From a bacterium (GTDB taxonomy: Bacteria > Zhuqueibacterota > Zhuqueibacteria > Oceanimicrobiales > Oceanimicrobiaceae): a stretch of DNA of 64,000 bases. Positions 39,302 to 49,553 of this stretch are shown here, piece after piece. The stretch covers positions 1 to 64,000 of the forward strand of contig JBHHXN010000004.1 in the NCBI GenBank assembly GCA_046757025.1, in the 5' to 3' direction. Made by a program: the position numbers and the translations under genes. Positions within the stretch are counted from its first letter, which is position 1. Every line of letters starts with the position of its first letter. The notes beneath the pieces were generated by a model. It was not told the DNA's origin. It saw only the letters and a program-made list of their open reading frames with translations, and did no database searches.

Positions 39302-41719
39302 CTAAGCAGTTTGCAGTTCCTTCACGGGCTGCTTTTTCGAGGTTTTCTTCTCTAAAAATTGCAGCAAAGCTGGCAAAACCAACATGGCCGTGACAAACGC
39401 AGCACTGATACCGATGATGGCCAGATCGCCGATGGAATTCAAGCCTGGATGTCGCGCCAGAATTAATCCAGAATAGCCCACGATGGTGGTTAAGGTGGTC
39501 ATAGCAATGGCCATTCCGGTGTTTCTTAAGACGTGGTAAAGAGAGCCGGGGCCTTCTTCCAGATAGCGGTGGTACAAATGCACGCCGTTGTCCACTCCGA
39601 TGCCGATGATACTGGGAAGCACCACAATGTTAAAGAAATTGAGTTTCATCCCGGTGAGATACATGACCACGCCCATCCACACTACACCGACTACCAAAGG
39701 AGTTAGCACAAACAAGGTGGCTTTGAAGCTATTGAAATCGATGAACACGATTATAAACACCACAAAAAAAGTCAGAATCACTGCCAACCTCCCCTCGCGA
39801 ATTAAGATCGTCAGCATCTCAGCCAGAATAATGTTTGAGCTGGAAGCATAATACGTTTTGCCGGACGCGGTAGTCATCTTGCCGATATCCCGGCGAAATT
39901 CAATGGCGTTACGGCCGTCTTTCAAGGCGACGCTGGGATAGATGAAAACAAAATTACCCACCTCGCCTTTTTTGTTGATGAATTGTCTTTTGTCTTTTTC
40001 AGGAAAATCCTCCCAGGTGAACGGCGCTTCCACCTGTAAGTAGCCGTACAATTTGTCCAGTCTTTCTTTATCTTCGCCCTTCACCACGTCTTCGGCTTCC
40101 TCGTCGATGAGCTGTCTTATTTGCTTGATTTTCGCGATTTTCTCAAACTGATCATCCGGCACCAGCGAAAACGCCGAGCGCACAGTTTTAACCGTTGGCG
40201 AAGTGGTGTCGCTTTTGATGATCGCTTTCACGGCTGTCACAATTTCTTCGGTCTCCGCTTTGGTGTCGGCCATTACCAGCGCCGGCGATTCGGACAGTTT
40301 GAACGCCCCCTCGGATTTTTTGCCGATCAACTCCCGCTCTTTGATATTGGCCCGCAGATTGGTAAAATCGTATTCAAAACTTACCTGACTGAAACTGTAA
40401 ACAGCAAACAGCGTGATCAGACCCGAGATCAGCAAGATCGGTTTAGCATATTTGAATTCCCTGCGCTGAAAGCTCATGCTCTTAGCCGGCACCGGCTTGA
40501 TTTTCAGCAAATGCCACTTTTCAAACAAGGTGATCATAGCGGGCAGCACCACCACCATGGCCACCAGCGCAAATAACATTCCCACGCCGGCGATGAAACC
40601 CAGATCGGAGAAGCCTTTGAAATCCATCAGCGTGAGCGACAAAAACGCCGCCGAAGTCGTGACCGCAGTGGTGGCCAGGGCCTTACCCGTTTGGTTGACC
40701 AGTTTCTCGATGGCGGCTTCAAAGCTCAAGCCGCTTCTTCGACTCTCCGAATATCGGGCGAAAGCGTGAATGCCGTAGTCGATTCCCAGTCCAAATAAAA
40801 TCACAAACAAAAAGCCGGTGATGGTATTTAAATTCCCAATGACCCAGTAGGTCAAACCAAACGTCCAGGTCAGCGACATCAGCAGGGTTAAGGTAATCAT
40901 GAATGCACCGGCAAAGCGACGAAAATAGAGAATGATCAACAAAAACACGCCGCCAAAGCCGTAATAAGCCGTACCGAGGATGTCCCTTTTCACCACCGCG
41001 TATTCATCTAATTTGGTTTTGAAATTGCCGCCGTAATAAATCGCCATTTCGGGATCGTACTTTTGTGGCTCTGCGGCTTCGACAATGGCCGTGACTTCGT
41101 CGTAAAAATCCTGTACAAAAGCCAGGTCGGTGTTGGTGCTGGTGGGCATCACTTTCATGATCAGCACAGTGCTGTCTTTGTTGATGTAATATTCATTGGG
41201 TTCTTTGTACTGGTATTCTTCTTCCCAGCTCGCCCAGCTCTCGTCTTCCGTTGATTCCTCATCGTCTGCAAAAAGGTCATCCACAAACAGAGGATTGAGC
41301 TTTTGTTTCTCCGCATCGATTTTATCCTGAATGCCCTCGTAAAGCGCGTCGATCTCCTCCAGGTCCATCAGCAGCAAACCGTATTTTTTGTAAAAAGCCA
41401 CGTCGTTTTTGTAATCCACATAATTGACAATGGGACTGGCAAGCAGTTTATTTTCCAGAGCGGCCGCAAACGCTTTGGCAGAATCGAGGTGGCTGGTTTC
41501 CAGGATTATTTTTAAATTGCCCACGCCGCCCACTTCTTCCTTGATGGCGTTCAGGGCTTTTACGCTTTCGAAATTATTGGGCAACAATTCAGCCAAATCA
41601 GTCTGCAAAGTCAACTTGGAAGAATAGTAGCCGCCAACAATACTGAGCAAAAGCGCTACGAGTAAAATGGGTACATAATACTTATAAACCACATAATATT
41701 TCTCAGAAAATCTGAACAT
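39302..41719 (-). CDS. MMPL/RND-family lipid exporter (HpnN-like)
   Basis: Two repeats with GLGIDYGIH and GIGVDNGVH; about 12 TM; 805 aa. Confidence 0.88.
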   Translation of the reverse strand: MFRFSEKYYVVYKYYVPILLVALLLSIVGGYYSSKLTLQTDLAELLPNNFESVKALNAIKEEVGGVGNLKIILETSHLDSAKAFAAALENKLLASPIVNYVDYKNDVAFYKKYGLLLMDLEEIDALYEGIQDKIDAEKQKLNPLFVDDLFADDEESTEDESWASWEEEYQYKEPNEYYINKDSTVLIMKVMPTSTNTDLAFVQDFYDEVTAIVEAAEPQKYDPEMAIYYGGNFKTKLDEYAVVKRDILGTAYYGFGGVFLLIILYFRRFAGAFMITLTLLMSLTWTFGLTYWVIGNLNTITGFLFVILFGLGIDYGIHAFARYSESRRSGLSFEAAIEKLVNQTGKALATTAVTTSAAFLSLTLMDFKGFSDLGFIAGVGMLFALVAMVVVLPAMITLFEKWHLLKIKPVPAKSMSFQRREFKYAKPILLISGLITLFAVYSFSQVSFEYDFTNLRANIKERELIGKKSEGAFKLSESPALVMADTKAETEEIVTAVKAIIKSDTTSPTVKTVRSAFSLVPDDQFEKIAKIKQIRQLIDEEAEDVVKGEDKERLDKLYGYLQVEAPFTWEDFPEKDKRQFINKKGEVGNFVFIYPSVALKDGRNAIEFRRDIGKMTTASGKTYYASSSNIILAEMLTILIREGRLAVILTFFVVFIIVFIDFNSFKATLFVLTPLVVGVVWMGVVMYLTGMKLNFFNIVVLPSIIGIGVDNGVHLYHRYLEEGPGSLYHVLRNTGMAIAMTTLTTIVGYSGLILARHPGLNSIGDLAIIGISAAFVTAMLVLPALLQFLEKKTSKKQPVKELQTA

Positions 41720-41805
41720 GTGCTATCCTTTTGTTGTTTTGGAATTAAAACGAATAGTATGAATGACCAGTTGAAAATCTGTATTGATTGATCATTGAAT
41801 AGTTA

Positions 41806-42087
41806 TCATGGTTTCCCGAATTTACTTAGGGACTCACCATGAAAAAATCCCCTTCGGCTTGAGCGGAAGATACGCTTCAACCGGAGTCCCGAAACAAGTT
41901 CGGGAATGGCTATGTTTTCAACGGGTCATTCCTATTAATAAATTAGAATCTAACATTTCTCACTTTAAGTTATGCATCTATGTTCATATTAAATAATTAG
42001 ATATGACAGGTTCACTTCATGCTGAGCGGAGTCGAAGCATGAATTACAGCCAGAACTAGTCACCCTTCGACTCCGCTCAGGGTGAAA
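41806..42087. repeat. Cluster of REP-like palindromes related to the MITE interior
   Basis: tcatggtttcccgaatttacttagggactcaccatga; cttcatgctgagcggagtcgaagcatga...cccttcgactccgctcagggtgaa. Confidence 0.6.
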
Positions 42088-42436
42088 GTAGAACAATCAG
42101 TAACCTCTTAATTAACAGTTGGTTTATGAATCACGTCACGAAGTGAGAAATGTTAATTAGAATGTAAAATTATTTCAAAAATCATTTTCAAACTTGAAAT
42201 TTATCATATAAACCATAAAAAGCAATAAATTGTTTCCAACAATTGCTCCGCTGTTCACCGACAACACCAGACCGGTAGCCGATTATTGAGTAAAGTAGGT
42301 ATTGTTCGAAAAGGAACTTATCACTTTACTCGTTTAACCAGATAAATATCCAACTTAGTGCTTGCAATGCATGTTTGAATAAACTAAATTAGCGTCATTT
42401 CATTCCAACAAACATAACGGGATTACAAATCTGAGC

Positions 42437-43954
42437 TTGAAAAACTTACCAGAAACTGCACAAAACAGCACAGACGGGCAAATTCAAAAAAAGCGCTCAA
42501 ACGTGGCCGGCAAAGCCGGTTTGATGGTAATGAGCCGGGCGGTGACCATCACTGTGCAGATGCTTTCGTTGATGGCGCTGACCCGTATTCTCACCAAAGA
42601 GGATTTCGGGCTGCTGACCTTTGTGCTGCTGGCATACGCTACCGTGACCACGCTTTCGCAGGTAGGCTTGCCGGACAGCATCTTTTATTATTTCGAGCGC
42701 GTCCCCCCCGAATCCCGAAAAACCCTGGCGTACCTCACCAGCAAAACTCTGCTCAAAATCGGTCTGGGCACTTCTATTTTGTTCGTGGTCTTGACATTCG
42801 TGGCTCCGCTCTGGGGGCACCCGGTAGACGGATTATTCATTCCCTTGATTTTCCTGGCGCTTTTGGAGCTGCCCACCATTCCCGTTCCCAATGTGTTGAT
42901 CGCCATCGATCGCGCCAAAGACGCGGCCTGGTTTAACATCGTGGCCAGCGTTTTGCAGTTAGCCACTTTGATCGTGCCGGCACTGATGGGTCAACCGCTG
43001 CTCATCATTCTGCTGAGTTACCTGGGATATGGCGTTGTGCGCTTTCTGTTAAGCGTTTATTTGTTTTTTAAAAATTTCAAAGGTCAATCTGGTGAACTGC
43101 CGGCAGGCATGGCACGCGAGCAGTTGCTTTACTCGTTACCGCTGGGATTGGCGCAGATGCTCTGGGGGCTGAATCGGCAGATTGATAAATACATCATTGC
43201 GGCCTTTTTTCCCATCGCCATCTTTGCGGAGTACAGCATCGGCGCCTGGGAAATCCCTCTGATTCCCTCTATTGCCTACGCGGTGGCTTCGGTGATGATG
43301 CCGCAATTTGTGGCAAACCATATAAAAAATGATCGGGAAGGCTTGCTTTCGCTCTGGTTCACTTCCATCCAAAAGGTCTCTATCATCGTACTACCGCTGA
43401 CCATTCTGTTTTTGATCAGCGCGGAAGAGTTCATTGCGGTTTGTTTTTCCGAAAAATATCTCGCAGCGGCGGTACCTTTTCGAATTTACACCCTGATCCT
43501 CCTGCAGCGGGTGGCCGCTTACAGCTCCATGCACCGGGCACTGGGTAACACTAAGGTCATATCTTACGCAGCCGCATATCTTTTGCTGATCAACGTGGGC
43601 TTGAGCCTGCCGCTGGTTATTTTGATGGGGGTAGCCGGACCGCCCACGGCGACGCTGCTGGCCAACATCTTCACCTGGGTTTACACTTTACAGAAAATGC
43701 GCCGCACGCTTGCCGTGTCTTTCAAAGAGGTCTTTCCGTTTCGTTTTTATGGCAAAACGCTGCTTACGGCGGTGATGGCCGGTATACCGGTTTTTATTCT
43801 AAAAATGAATGTGAACTATTCTTACGCGGTTGATTTGATCTGGATGGCGACGCTTTATTTGACCCTGTACGCCCTGCTCTCAAAAGTTGCCGGAGTGGTC
43901 AAAAAAGAAGATTGGCAGTTTCTGGCCAGAGGATTGAAACTGAAAGCGCAGTGA
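42437..43954 (+). CDS. Oligosaccharide flippase (Wzx/MOP family)
   Basis: RILTKEDFG, GLPDSIFYY, YSLPL..IDKYII..Y; 12-14 TM. Confidence 0.82.
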   Translation: MKNLPETAQNSTDGQIQKKRSNVAGKAGLMVMSRAVTITVQMLSLMALTRILTKEDFGLLTFVLLAYATVTTLSQVGLPDSIFYYFERVPPESRKTLAYLTSKTLLKIGLGTSILFVVLTFVAPLWGHPVDGLFIPLIFLALLELPTIPVPNVLIAIDRAKDAAWFNIVASVLQLATLIVPALMGQPLLIILLSYLGYGVVRFLLSVYLFFKNFKGQSGELPAGMAREQLLYSLPLGLAQMLWGLNRQIDKYIIAAFFPIAIFAEYSIGAWEIPLIPSIAYAVASVMMPQFVANHIKNDREGLLSLWFTSIQKVSIIVLPLTILFLISAEEFIAVCFSEKYLAAAVPFRIYTLILLQRVAAYSSMHRALGNTKVISYAAAYLLLINVGLSLPLVILMGVAGPPTATLLANIFTWVYTLQKMRRTLAVSFKEVFPFRFYGKTLLTAVMAGIPVFILKMNVNYSYAVDLIWMATLYLTLYALLSKVAGVVKKEDWQFLARGLKLKAQ

Positions 43955-43955
43955 T

Positions 43956-45731
43956 TCAACTAAAATGTTTTTCCACCCACCAGCTAAAAATTAAAATTGA
44001 CCAGAGCTTTAGTCCCACATTTTTGCCCTTTAAATGCGACTGCATCAAAGCAGAAATAAAATCAACATCTACCCATTGGGTGATTTTTGAATTCTCCAGG
44101 ACGGTATCTTCAAAAACGGCATGCAACGGCCCTTTGAGCCATTCTCCGACAGGCACGGTAAATCCATGTTTCGGCCGGCGGATAATTTCTATGGGAATAT
44201 GTGGTTTGGCCACTTCCTTTAAAAGCCGTTTTTTCTCTTTTAATCCAGTTTTAAAATTTCCGGACAAGGTCAAAACGTATTCAGCAACCTTTTGATCCAG
44301 GTAGGGTACGCGCGTTTCCAGGGAAGCCAGCATGCCCATTTTGTCCACCTTCATGAGCAAATCATCCACCAACCAATTGCGTAGATCGGTATAGAGCATG
44401 CTGTTTAGATGCCCGGCATCCTGGAAAAACGCTTGATCAGTACGCATTTTTTGTTCTGCGTCCATTTGGTCATCTTGAATAAAGCATCCCGGTAAAAGCC
44501 TTTTGCGCTCTGGTTCATGGAACAGACACGGACCCGGCAGGTTTATTTTGGTAAACATCCCGCTCAGGAACGTTCTACTCAAGAGATCTTTCAGCGCGTA
44601 TAAATGGTACCGTTTGTAACCACCAAAAAGTTCATCCGCACCCTCACCTGAAAGCACGACTTTTACTTTTTCAGCCGCAAATCGACTCATCAAATAGGTT
44701 GGTAAAATGGCGTAATCGGCTATCGGTTCATCCAACTGTTCGATGATGAATGGCAAGTGCTTCAGCGCTTCGGTGCCGGTTACGTTTATTTCATGATGAT
44801 GGGTTTGGTATTTTTCAGCTAAAATACGTGCGTAATCAATTTCATTAAATTTAGAGCCCTGGCCAAATCCCACAGAAAAAGTGTTCAACGGTTCCTGGCT
44901 ATTTTGCGCCGCGAAGGCCAACAGGCAGGAAGAATCCACCCCGCCGCTTAAAAACACGCCCACCGGTACATCGCTCACCAGGTGGCCCTTCACGGCCTCG
45001 TTGAAGAGACCATCCAGTTGGATTGCAGCCTGAGACATGGTGACGCCATTTTGCAACGCCGGTGCTGGCTGCCAATATCGGTACTCGCTTTTCGACTCCC
45101 GAACAATCTCCATCACGGAGGCCGGGGGAAGTTTCTCTATTCCGTTGAAAATGGTGCAATTGCCGCCGACGTATTGCCGAGTAAAATAAAAATTCACCGC
45201 GGCTGGATTCAACTCATTTAATTGTGGCAGGACACTGCGAATGGCTTTGATCTCGGAAGCAAAATATATTTTGCCTTCGAAATCGCAATGATAAAGCGGC
45301 TTGATGCCGATGCGGTCACGGGTTAAAATCAGTTTCCGTTTTGTGCGATCCCACAGAGCAAAAGCGAACATACCCGAAATGTAATCCAGAAACGACATGC
45401 CGTATTTTTCATACAGGGCCAGAATGACTTCGGTATCGCTTCTGGTTTTAAACGGATACCCTTCAGCTACAAGATTTTGTCGCAGCTGAGGAAAATTGTA
45501 AATTTCACCGTTGTAAGTGATGATGGACTGTCCGGTCGGAGAGGTCATGGGCTGTTGCCCGCTATCGATGTCGATGATGCTGAGCCGGCGATGCCCAAAA
45601 GCCACCGCATCTTCTTGAAAAAAACCACTGCCATCCGGACCGCGATGCGCCAGCACTTCGGTCATCTGTTCGATTTCTCGCTTTGCAGGCGGCGCCGAGT
45701 TGTAAGCGTAAATTCCAGCGATTCCACACAT
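43956..45731 (-). CDS. asnB: Asparagine synthase (glutamine-hydrolysing) family amidotransferase
   Basis: MCGIAG, HRGPD, HRRLSIID, LSGGVDSS, SGEGADELFGGY, KVDKMGM. Confidence 0.92.
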   Translation of the reverse strand: MCGIAGIYAYNSAPPAKREIEQMTEVLAHRGPDGSGFFQEDAVAFGHRRLSIIDIDSGQQPMTSPTGQSIITYNGEIYNFPQLRQNLVAEGYPFKTRSDTEVILALYEKYGMSFLDYISGMFAFALWDRTKRKLILTRDRIGIKPLYHCDFEGKIYFASEIKAIRSVLPQLNELNPAAVNFYFTRQYVGGNCTIFNGIEKLPPASVMEIVRESKSEYRYWQPAPALQNGVTMSQAAIQLDGLFNEAVKGHLVSDVPVGVFLSGGVDSSCLLAFAAQNSQEPLNTFSVGFGQGSKFNEIDYARILAEKYQTHHHEINVTGTEALKHLPFIIEQLDEPIADYAILPTYLMSRFAAEKVKVVLSGEGADELFGGYKRYHLYALKDLLSRTFLSGMFTKINLPGPCLFHEPERKRLLPGCFIQDDQMDAEQKMRTDQAFFQDAGHLNSMLYTDLRNWLVDDLLMKVDKMGMLASLETRVPYLDQKVAEYVLTLSGNFKTGLKEKKRLLKEVAKPHIPIEIIRRPKHGFTVPVGEWLKGPLHAVFEDTVLENSKITQWVDVDFISALMQSHLKGKNVGLKLWSILIFSWWVEKHFS

Positions 45732-45732
45732 T

Positions 45733-46965
45733 TTAATTTCGATATTTTTTCATTATTTGATAAAGCGCCGACACATTTTTTTTGACATCGAATTTTTCGC
45801 ACGCCGTGTTCCGGGCCGCCGTTCGCATGGCGGATAAATCCTTTGCTTCCAAAAAAGCCATCATAGCTTTGCTTAGAGCCTGCGAATCGCCTGCAGGAAT
45901 GAGCATCCCGTTTACGCCGTTTGTAATCGCCTCCGGAATGCCGGAAATATTTGTACCGATGATGGGCAGGCCGTGTGCCAGAGCTTCCAGACAAACATTG
46001 GGCAGGCCATCGCGATCGCCGTGCTCATCGATAATGGAGGGCATGACCAAAGCGTGGCAAGAGTCATAAATTTGGCTCATAGTATGTGGTGGCACGTAAC
46101 CAGGCAGGTCCACAGTGTCATGCAAACACCGTGCGCGAATTTGCTCTCTAAATGATTCCTCCAACGGGCCCTCGCCCACGATTTTGCACTTGAATCGATA
46201 GCCCGCCTCCTTTAAGCTCTGGCACGCTTCCAATAAATATTCGTAGCCTTTCTTAGGCACAAATCGACCCACGGCCAAAAAGGTAAAGGAATTGATTGGT
46301 TTTGCTTTCTGTTCGTGCTCTTTAGACAAAGCCAATCCGTGATGAATGGCAAACAATTTCGAGTTGACCCCCTTATCTACATTTTGCAAAAACTCTGCAT
46401 TAAAATTTGTGCAAGTCACCACGTAATTGGCTTTTTGAATTTTAGTCAGCATTCCACTGTTATCTTTGTAGATATCCATGGCGTGAGCGGTGCAGCCAAA
46501 AGGAATTTTTGTTAAAATAGAAAGATACAACGCTGTTTCAGTAGGCGCCGTTAAAAAATGGGCATGTATCAAATCAACCTGCTGTATTTTGATTTTTTCT
46601 GCAATCGCCGCTGCGCGAAACAGACAAACCAAACTTCGGCCGAGCTTTGGACGACGGTGTCCGAAAGTAATAAATTGTTGCCACGCCTGAATGTAAACGA
46701 CTGGATTTTTAACTTTGAAAATGGCATGTCGGAACAAACACCCGGGCGTAAACGGATTTTCGGGAATTTGGATAAAACGCGTCTTTAATGATTTTTCATC
46801 GTCGGTTAAATCTTCGCGTTCGATCACGGTGCGGGCGCCTACGAGCAATTCCACTCCCTGACTTTTCAGCTCCACCATTTCTCGCGTGATAAAATTCTGT
46901 GACCACTCAAACAGGCGATTTACAATGACGAAAACTCGCAAATTATCTGGCGCTGACTTTTTCAT
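45733..46965 (-). CDS. Glycosyltransferase family 4 (WcaL-like)
   Basis: IHAHF, TAHAMDIY, VGRFVPKKG, DGLPNVCLEA. Confidence 0.88.
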   Translation of the reverse strand: MKKSAPDNLRVFVIVNRLFEWSQNFITREMVELKSQGVELLVGARTVIEREDLTDDEKSLKTRFIQIPENPFTPGCLFRHAIFKVKNPVVYIQAWQQFITFGHRRPKLGRSLVCLFRAAAIAEKIKIQQVDLIHAHFLTAPTETALYLSILTKIPFGCTAHAMDIYKDNSGMLTKIQKANYVVTCTNFNAEFLQNVDKGVNSKLFAIHHGLALSKEHEQKAKPINSFTFLAVGRFVPKKGYEYLLEACQSLKEAGYRFKCKIVGEGPLEESFREQIRARCLHDTVDLPGYVPPHTMSQIYDSCHALVMPSIIDEHGDRDGLPNVCLEALAHGLPIIGTNISGIPEAITNGVNGMLIPAGDSQALSKAMMAFLEAKDLSAMRTAARNTACEKFDVKKNVSALYQIMKKYRN

Positions 46966-48169
46966 ATTCCTGCAATCGCTGGCTTAAAAACTCGGCGATC
47001 CTTTTTGCGCGCTGCTGCCAGGTGAATTTTTCCGAATCCAATCTGGCTTGTCTTGCAATGGAATGGGCCCAGGCTCGGTCTGCAAAAAGTTTACGCAGCG
47101 CAACGCTTGCGGATTCGACGTCATCCGGTGGCACCAATGCCGCGTTCTTTTCATGGAGGACGCCTTGTGTGTCCGGCAAATCCGGCGCTAAAATCGGTAC
47201 GCCAGCGGACAGGTAAAGAAAAGTCTTGATAGGTAGAATAGTACGGCCGTACTGCATCATGGGTTTGGCGCTGGGCGGGATGAGCAGCACATCGGAAGCA
47301 AACAGATATTTCGGCAGCTCCAAAACGGGCGCCCAGGGAAACTGTTTCACGTTTTTAAGCTGATCTCTACGGGCAGCGGTGGTAATCCAATCGGCGCGGT
47401 CGGAGACGGTTTTGCCGATAAAATAAAATTTCAGCGCCGGCAGTCTGGCCGCCATTTGCAAAACCATCTCCAGCCCTTTCATTTTATCCAGACGACCTGC
47501 ATAACAGACGATCTGATCGTCTTCCGTCCAACCGAGCTGCTTGCGGGCTTCCTGCTGGCTCAAACGCGGCGCCAGCAGCGCTGGATTAAAACCATTGTGA
47601 ATGACTGCAATCTTGTTTTCGTCCGCTCCAGCCTGCACCAGACTCTCCTTCGCTGGAATGGAATGGGTGATGATTCCCAGCAAATTTCGCCGGTGGCTTA
47701 GTTTGGCGATTTTTTTCGCGCAATTCAGCGGTGAGCGCGCGTAAATCCGATAGGTTTCGAAAACCACGGGCAGACCCAGCTGCAGCGCCAGCAGCAACGA
47801 AGCCCGGTGGCGGGTGTAGATGAGATCGTGATGTTTGAGCCGGGCATACGGCGAGGCCAGCAAGGCATGTGAATATTTTTCCAACCGCAACGGCATGCGC
47901 GGCAGATGCAGCAGCTCTTTCAATCCAAAACCGTTTGCCACGCGATAATAATTTCCGATGGCCTGTTTGCGCGATTCCGCGGCGACACCGAGATTTCGCC
48001 ACATTCTGGGAATGACAAGCTCGATGTTCAAGCCTTCCGCCGCCAAGGTCGAAACCGTGTTGATCACCTGCTCAGATTCCGCGTCTGAACGATCCAGCAT
48101 AAATTGATTATCGGAAATATAGGCGATTTTCTTTTTTTTAATGGAGTTTTCCAACAAATTGCGTTTCAT
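46943..48169 (-). CDS. Glycosyltransferase family 4
   Basis: VIHNG, YAGRLDKMKG, PIKTFLYLSAGVPI, FTWQQRA. Confidence 0.85.
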   Translation of the reverse strand: MKRNLLENSIKKKKIAYISDNQFMLDRSDAESEQVINTVSTLAAEGLNIELVIPRMWRNLGVAAESRKQAIGNYYRVANGFGLKELLHLPRMPLRLEKYSHALLASPYARLKHHDLIYTRHRASLLLALQLGLPVVFETYRIYARSPLNCAKKIAKLSHRRNLLGIITHSIPAKESLVQAGADENKIAVIHNGFNPALLAPRLSQQEARKQLGWTEDDQIVCYAGRLDKMKGLEMVLQMAARLPALKFYFIGKTVSDRADWITTAARRDQLKNVKQFPWAPVLELPKYLFASDVLLIPPSAKPMMQYGRTILPIKTFLYLSAGVPILAPDLPDTQGVLHEKNAALVPPDDVESASVALRKLFADRAWAHSIARQARLDSEKFTWQQRAKRIAEFLSQRLQEYEKVSAR

Positions 48170-48268
48170 CTTTGTTGATAAATAATGCTTATGACCCCAA
48201 TGAACGAACGTAAAAAAATATAGATAAACCTGCCCTCAGATGCAACTGCTTTTTGTTGGACTGTTAAT

Positions 48269-48322
48269 GAGTGTTTGAACGAAAACTCGAGAAATGCGCG
48301 ATTGAAAACCTCTACGCGAAGG
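48269..48322. repeat. Partial copy of the MITE left end
   Basis: gtgtttgaacgaaaactcgagaaat...aaacctctacgcgaagg, near-identical to 14842-14894. Confidence 0.6.
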
Positions 48323-48429
48323 TCTCCTCAGAATGACATCAAACCCGAGAGGTGGGGTGTGCGCAATTTACTGATCAAAACAAATCTAATTCATCTCTGG
48401 AAAATAAGTAAATAGGAGGATGCGGTCAG

Positions 48430-49440
48430 TTACGGAAGAGAACTTTCTTCTGTGACTTTGCCGTGTAACAGGCGCGCGGTTTTGGCCTGCAGGCGTTCTT
48501 TCACTTCGCGCGCCACAAACTGCACGGGGTACTGGTTGGCCAGGGAGTCCGACACCACACAATAGACACCGCAGCCATCCTGGCAATCTTTCTTCTTATT
48601 GTAACTGCGCAGCATTTCGGGTGTTACATCCAGCAAATCGATATTGGGCCGGCGCTGCATGCTGCACAACCAGAATTTGCCGCGTGCGGAAACGAAAAAA
48701 TATTTGTAGCCCGCCACGCAGGTCCAGTCGCGGCCGCCGCCGTTGAGCAGGGATTTCTGGTAGTCGAATAAAAAACCAGTGGTGTGAATTTTCTGGCCTT
48801 TTTTCTTGGCGTCGATTTGAAAATCGAGCAGCGATTTCAACGCGACTTTGTCGCCGTTGTTCACGCCGTATTTGCCGTTGGGACCGGCATGCACTAAACG
48901 CGCATGGGTGGGGATGTCATGGGCAATTCCATATTCCAAAACCTGCCTGGCTTCGTTCAGGGATTCTTTGAACAGCACCCCGGTAATATTAAATTTCAGG
49001 CTTGATTTTTTGAGCAGCTCAATTTTTGGGATAACGGTTTTCAGGGATTTTCGGGTTGAGGGTATGGGCGTCATGCGATCCACGGAAATTTGCAGGGAGT
49101 CTAAACCGGCGGCTTCCAGCCCGCTGATGAGCTCGGCCGTGAGTTTGAAACCGTTGGTGGACATGCTGGTGCGCAAATCCAGCTCTTTGCAATAGCGCAC
49201 GATTTCCACGATATTCGGGTGCAGCAGCGGTTCCCCGCCCTGCAGCCCGATGCGAATGCAGCCCAATTCTTTGATTTTATCCAGCCATTTTTTTACGTCA
49301 TCCAGAGACGGATGCGGCACGCTGTTGTCGTATTCCGTACAATAATGGCAGTCCAGATTGCATTGGTCCGTTACATAAAAATGACAGGCAATCGGTTTAT
49401 CATCAAACTCACGTTTAGCCATTTTAAGCCAGAACGCCAT
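48430..49440 (-). CDS. Radical SAM protein with C-terminal Twitch/SPASM-like Cys motif
   Basis: CNLDCHYC, GGEPLLHP, CVAG...WLC...CQDGCGVYC. Confidence 0.88.
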   Translation of the reverse strand: MAFWLKMAKREFDDKPIACHFYVTDQCNLDCHYCTEYDNSVPHPSLDDVKKWLDKIKELGCIRIGLQGGEPLLHPNIVEIVRYCKELDLRTSMSTNGFKLTAELISGLEAAGLDSLQISVDRMTPIPSTRKSLKTVIPKIELLKKSSLKFNITGVLFKESLNEARQVLEYGIAHDIPTHARLVHAGPNGKYGVNNGDKVALKSLLDFQIDAKKKGQKIHTTGFLFDYQKSLLNGGGRDWTCVAGYKYFFVSARGKFWLCSMQRRPNIDLLDVTPEMLRSYNKKKDCQDGCGVYCVVSDSLANQYPVQFVAREVKERLQAKTARLLHGKVTEESSLP

Positions 49441-49553
49441 CTTATTCCTCCATTAAAATAAGGGGGACCGGCAAAACCGCTGGTCCGCGTAAAATTCAAT
49501 TCTTGCTATTGAACCGCATAATCCAGGATAGATTAGGCAACTTCCCCTGGAAT

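Noticed and set aside
35360..41719. Hopanoid (hpn) cluster assignment
   Set aside because: HpnN/HpnM-like transporters are present, but no shc or hpnCDE, and the rSAMs lack features I recognise as HpnH or HpnJ.
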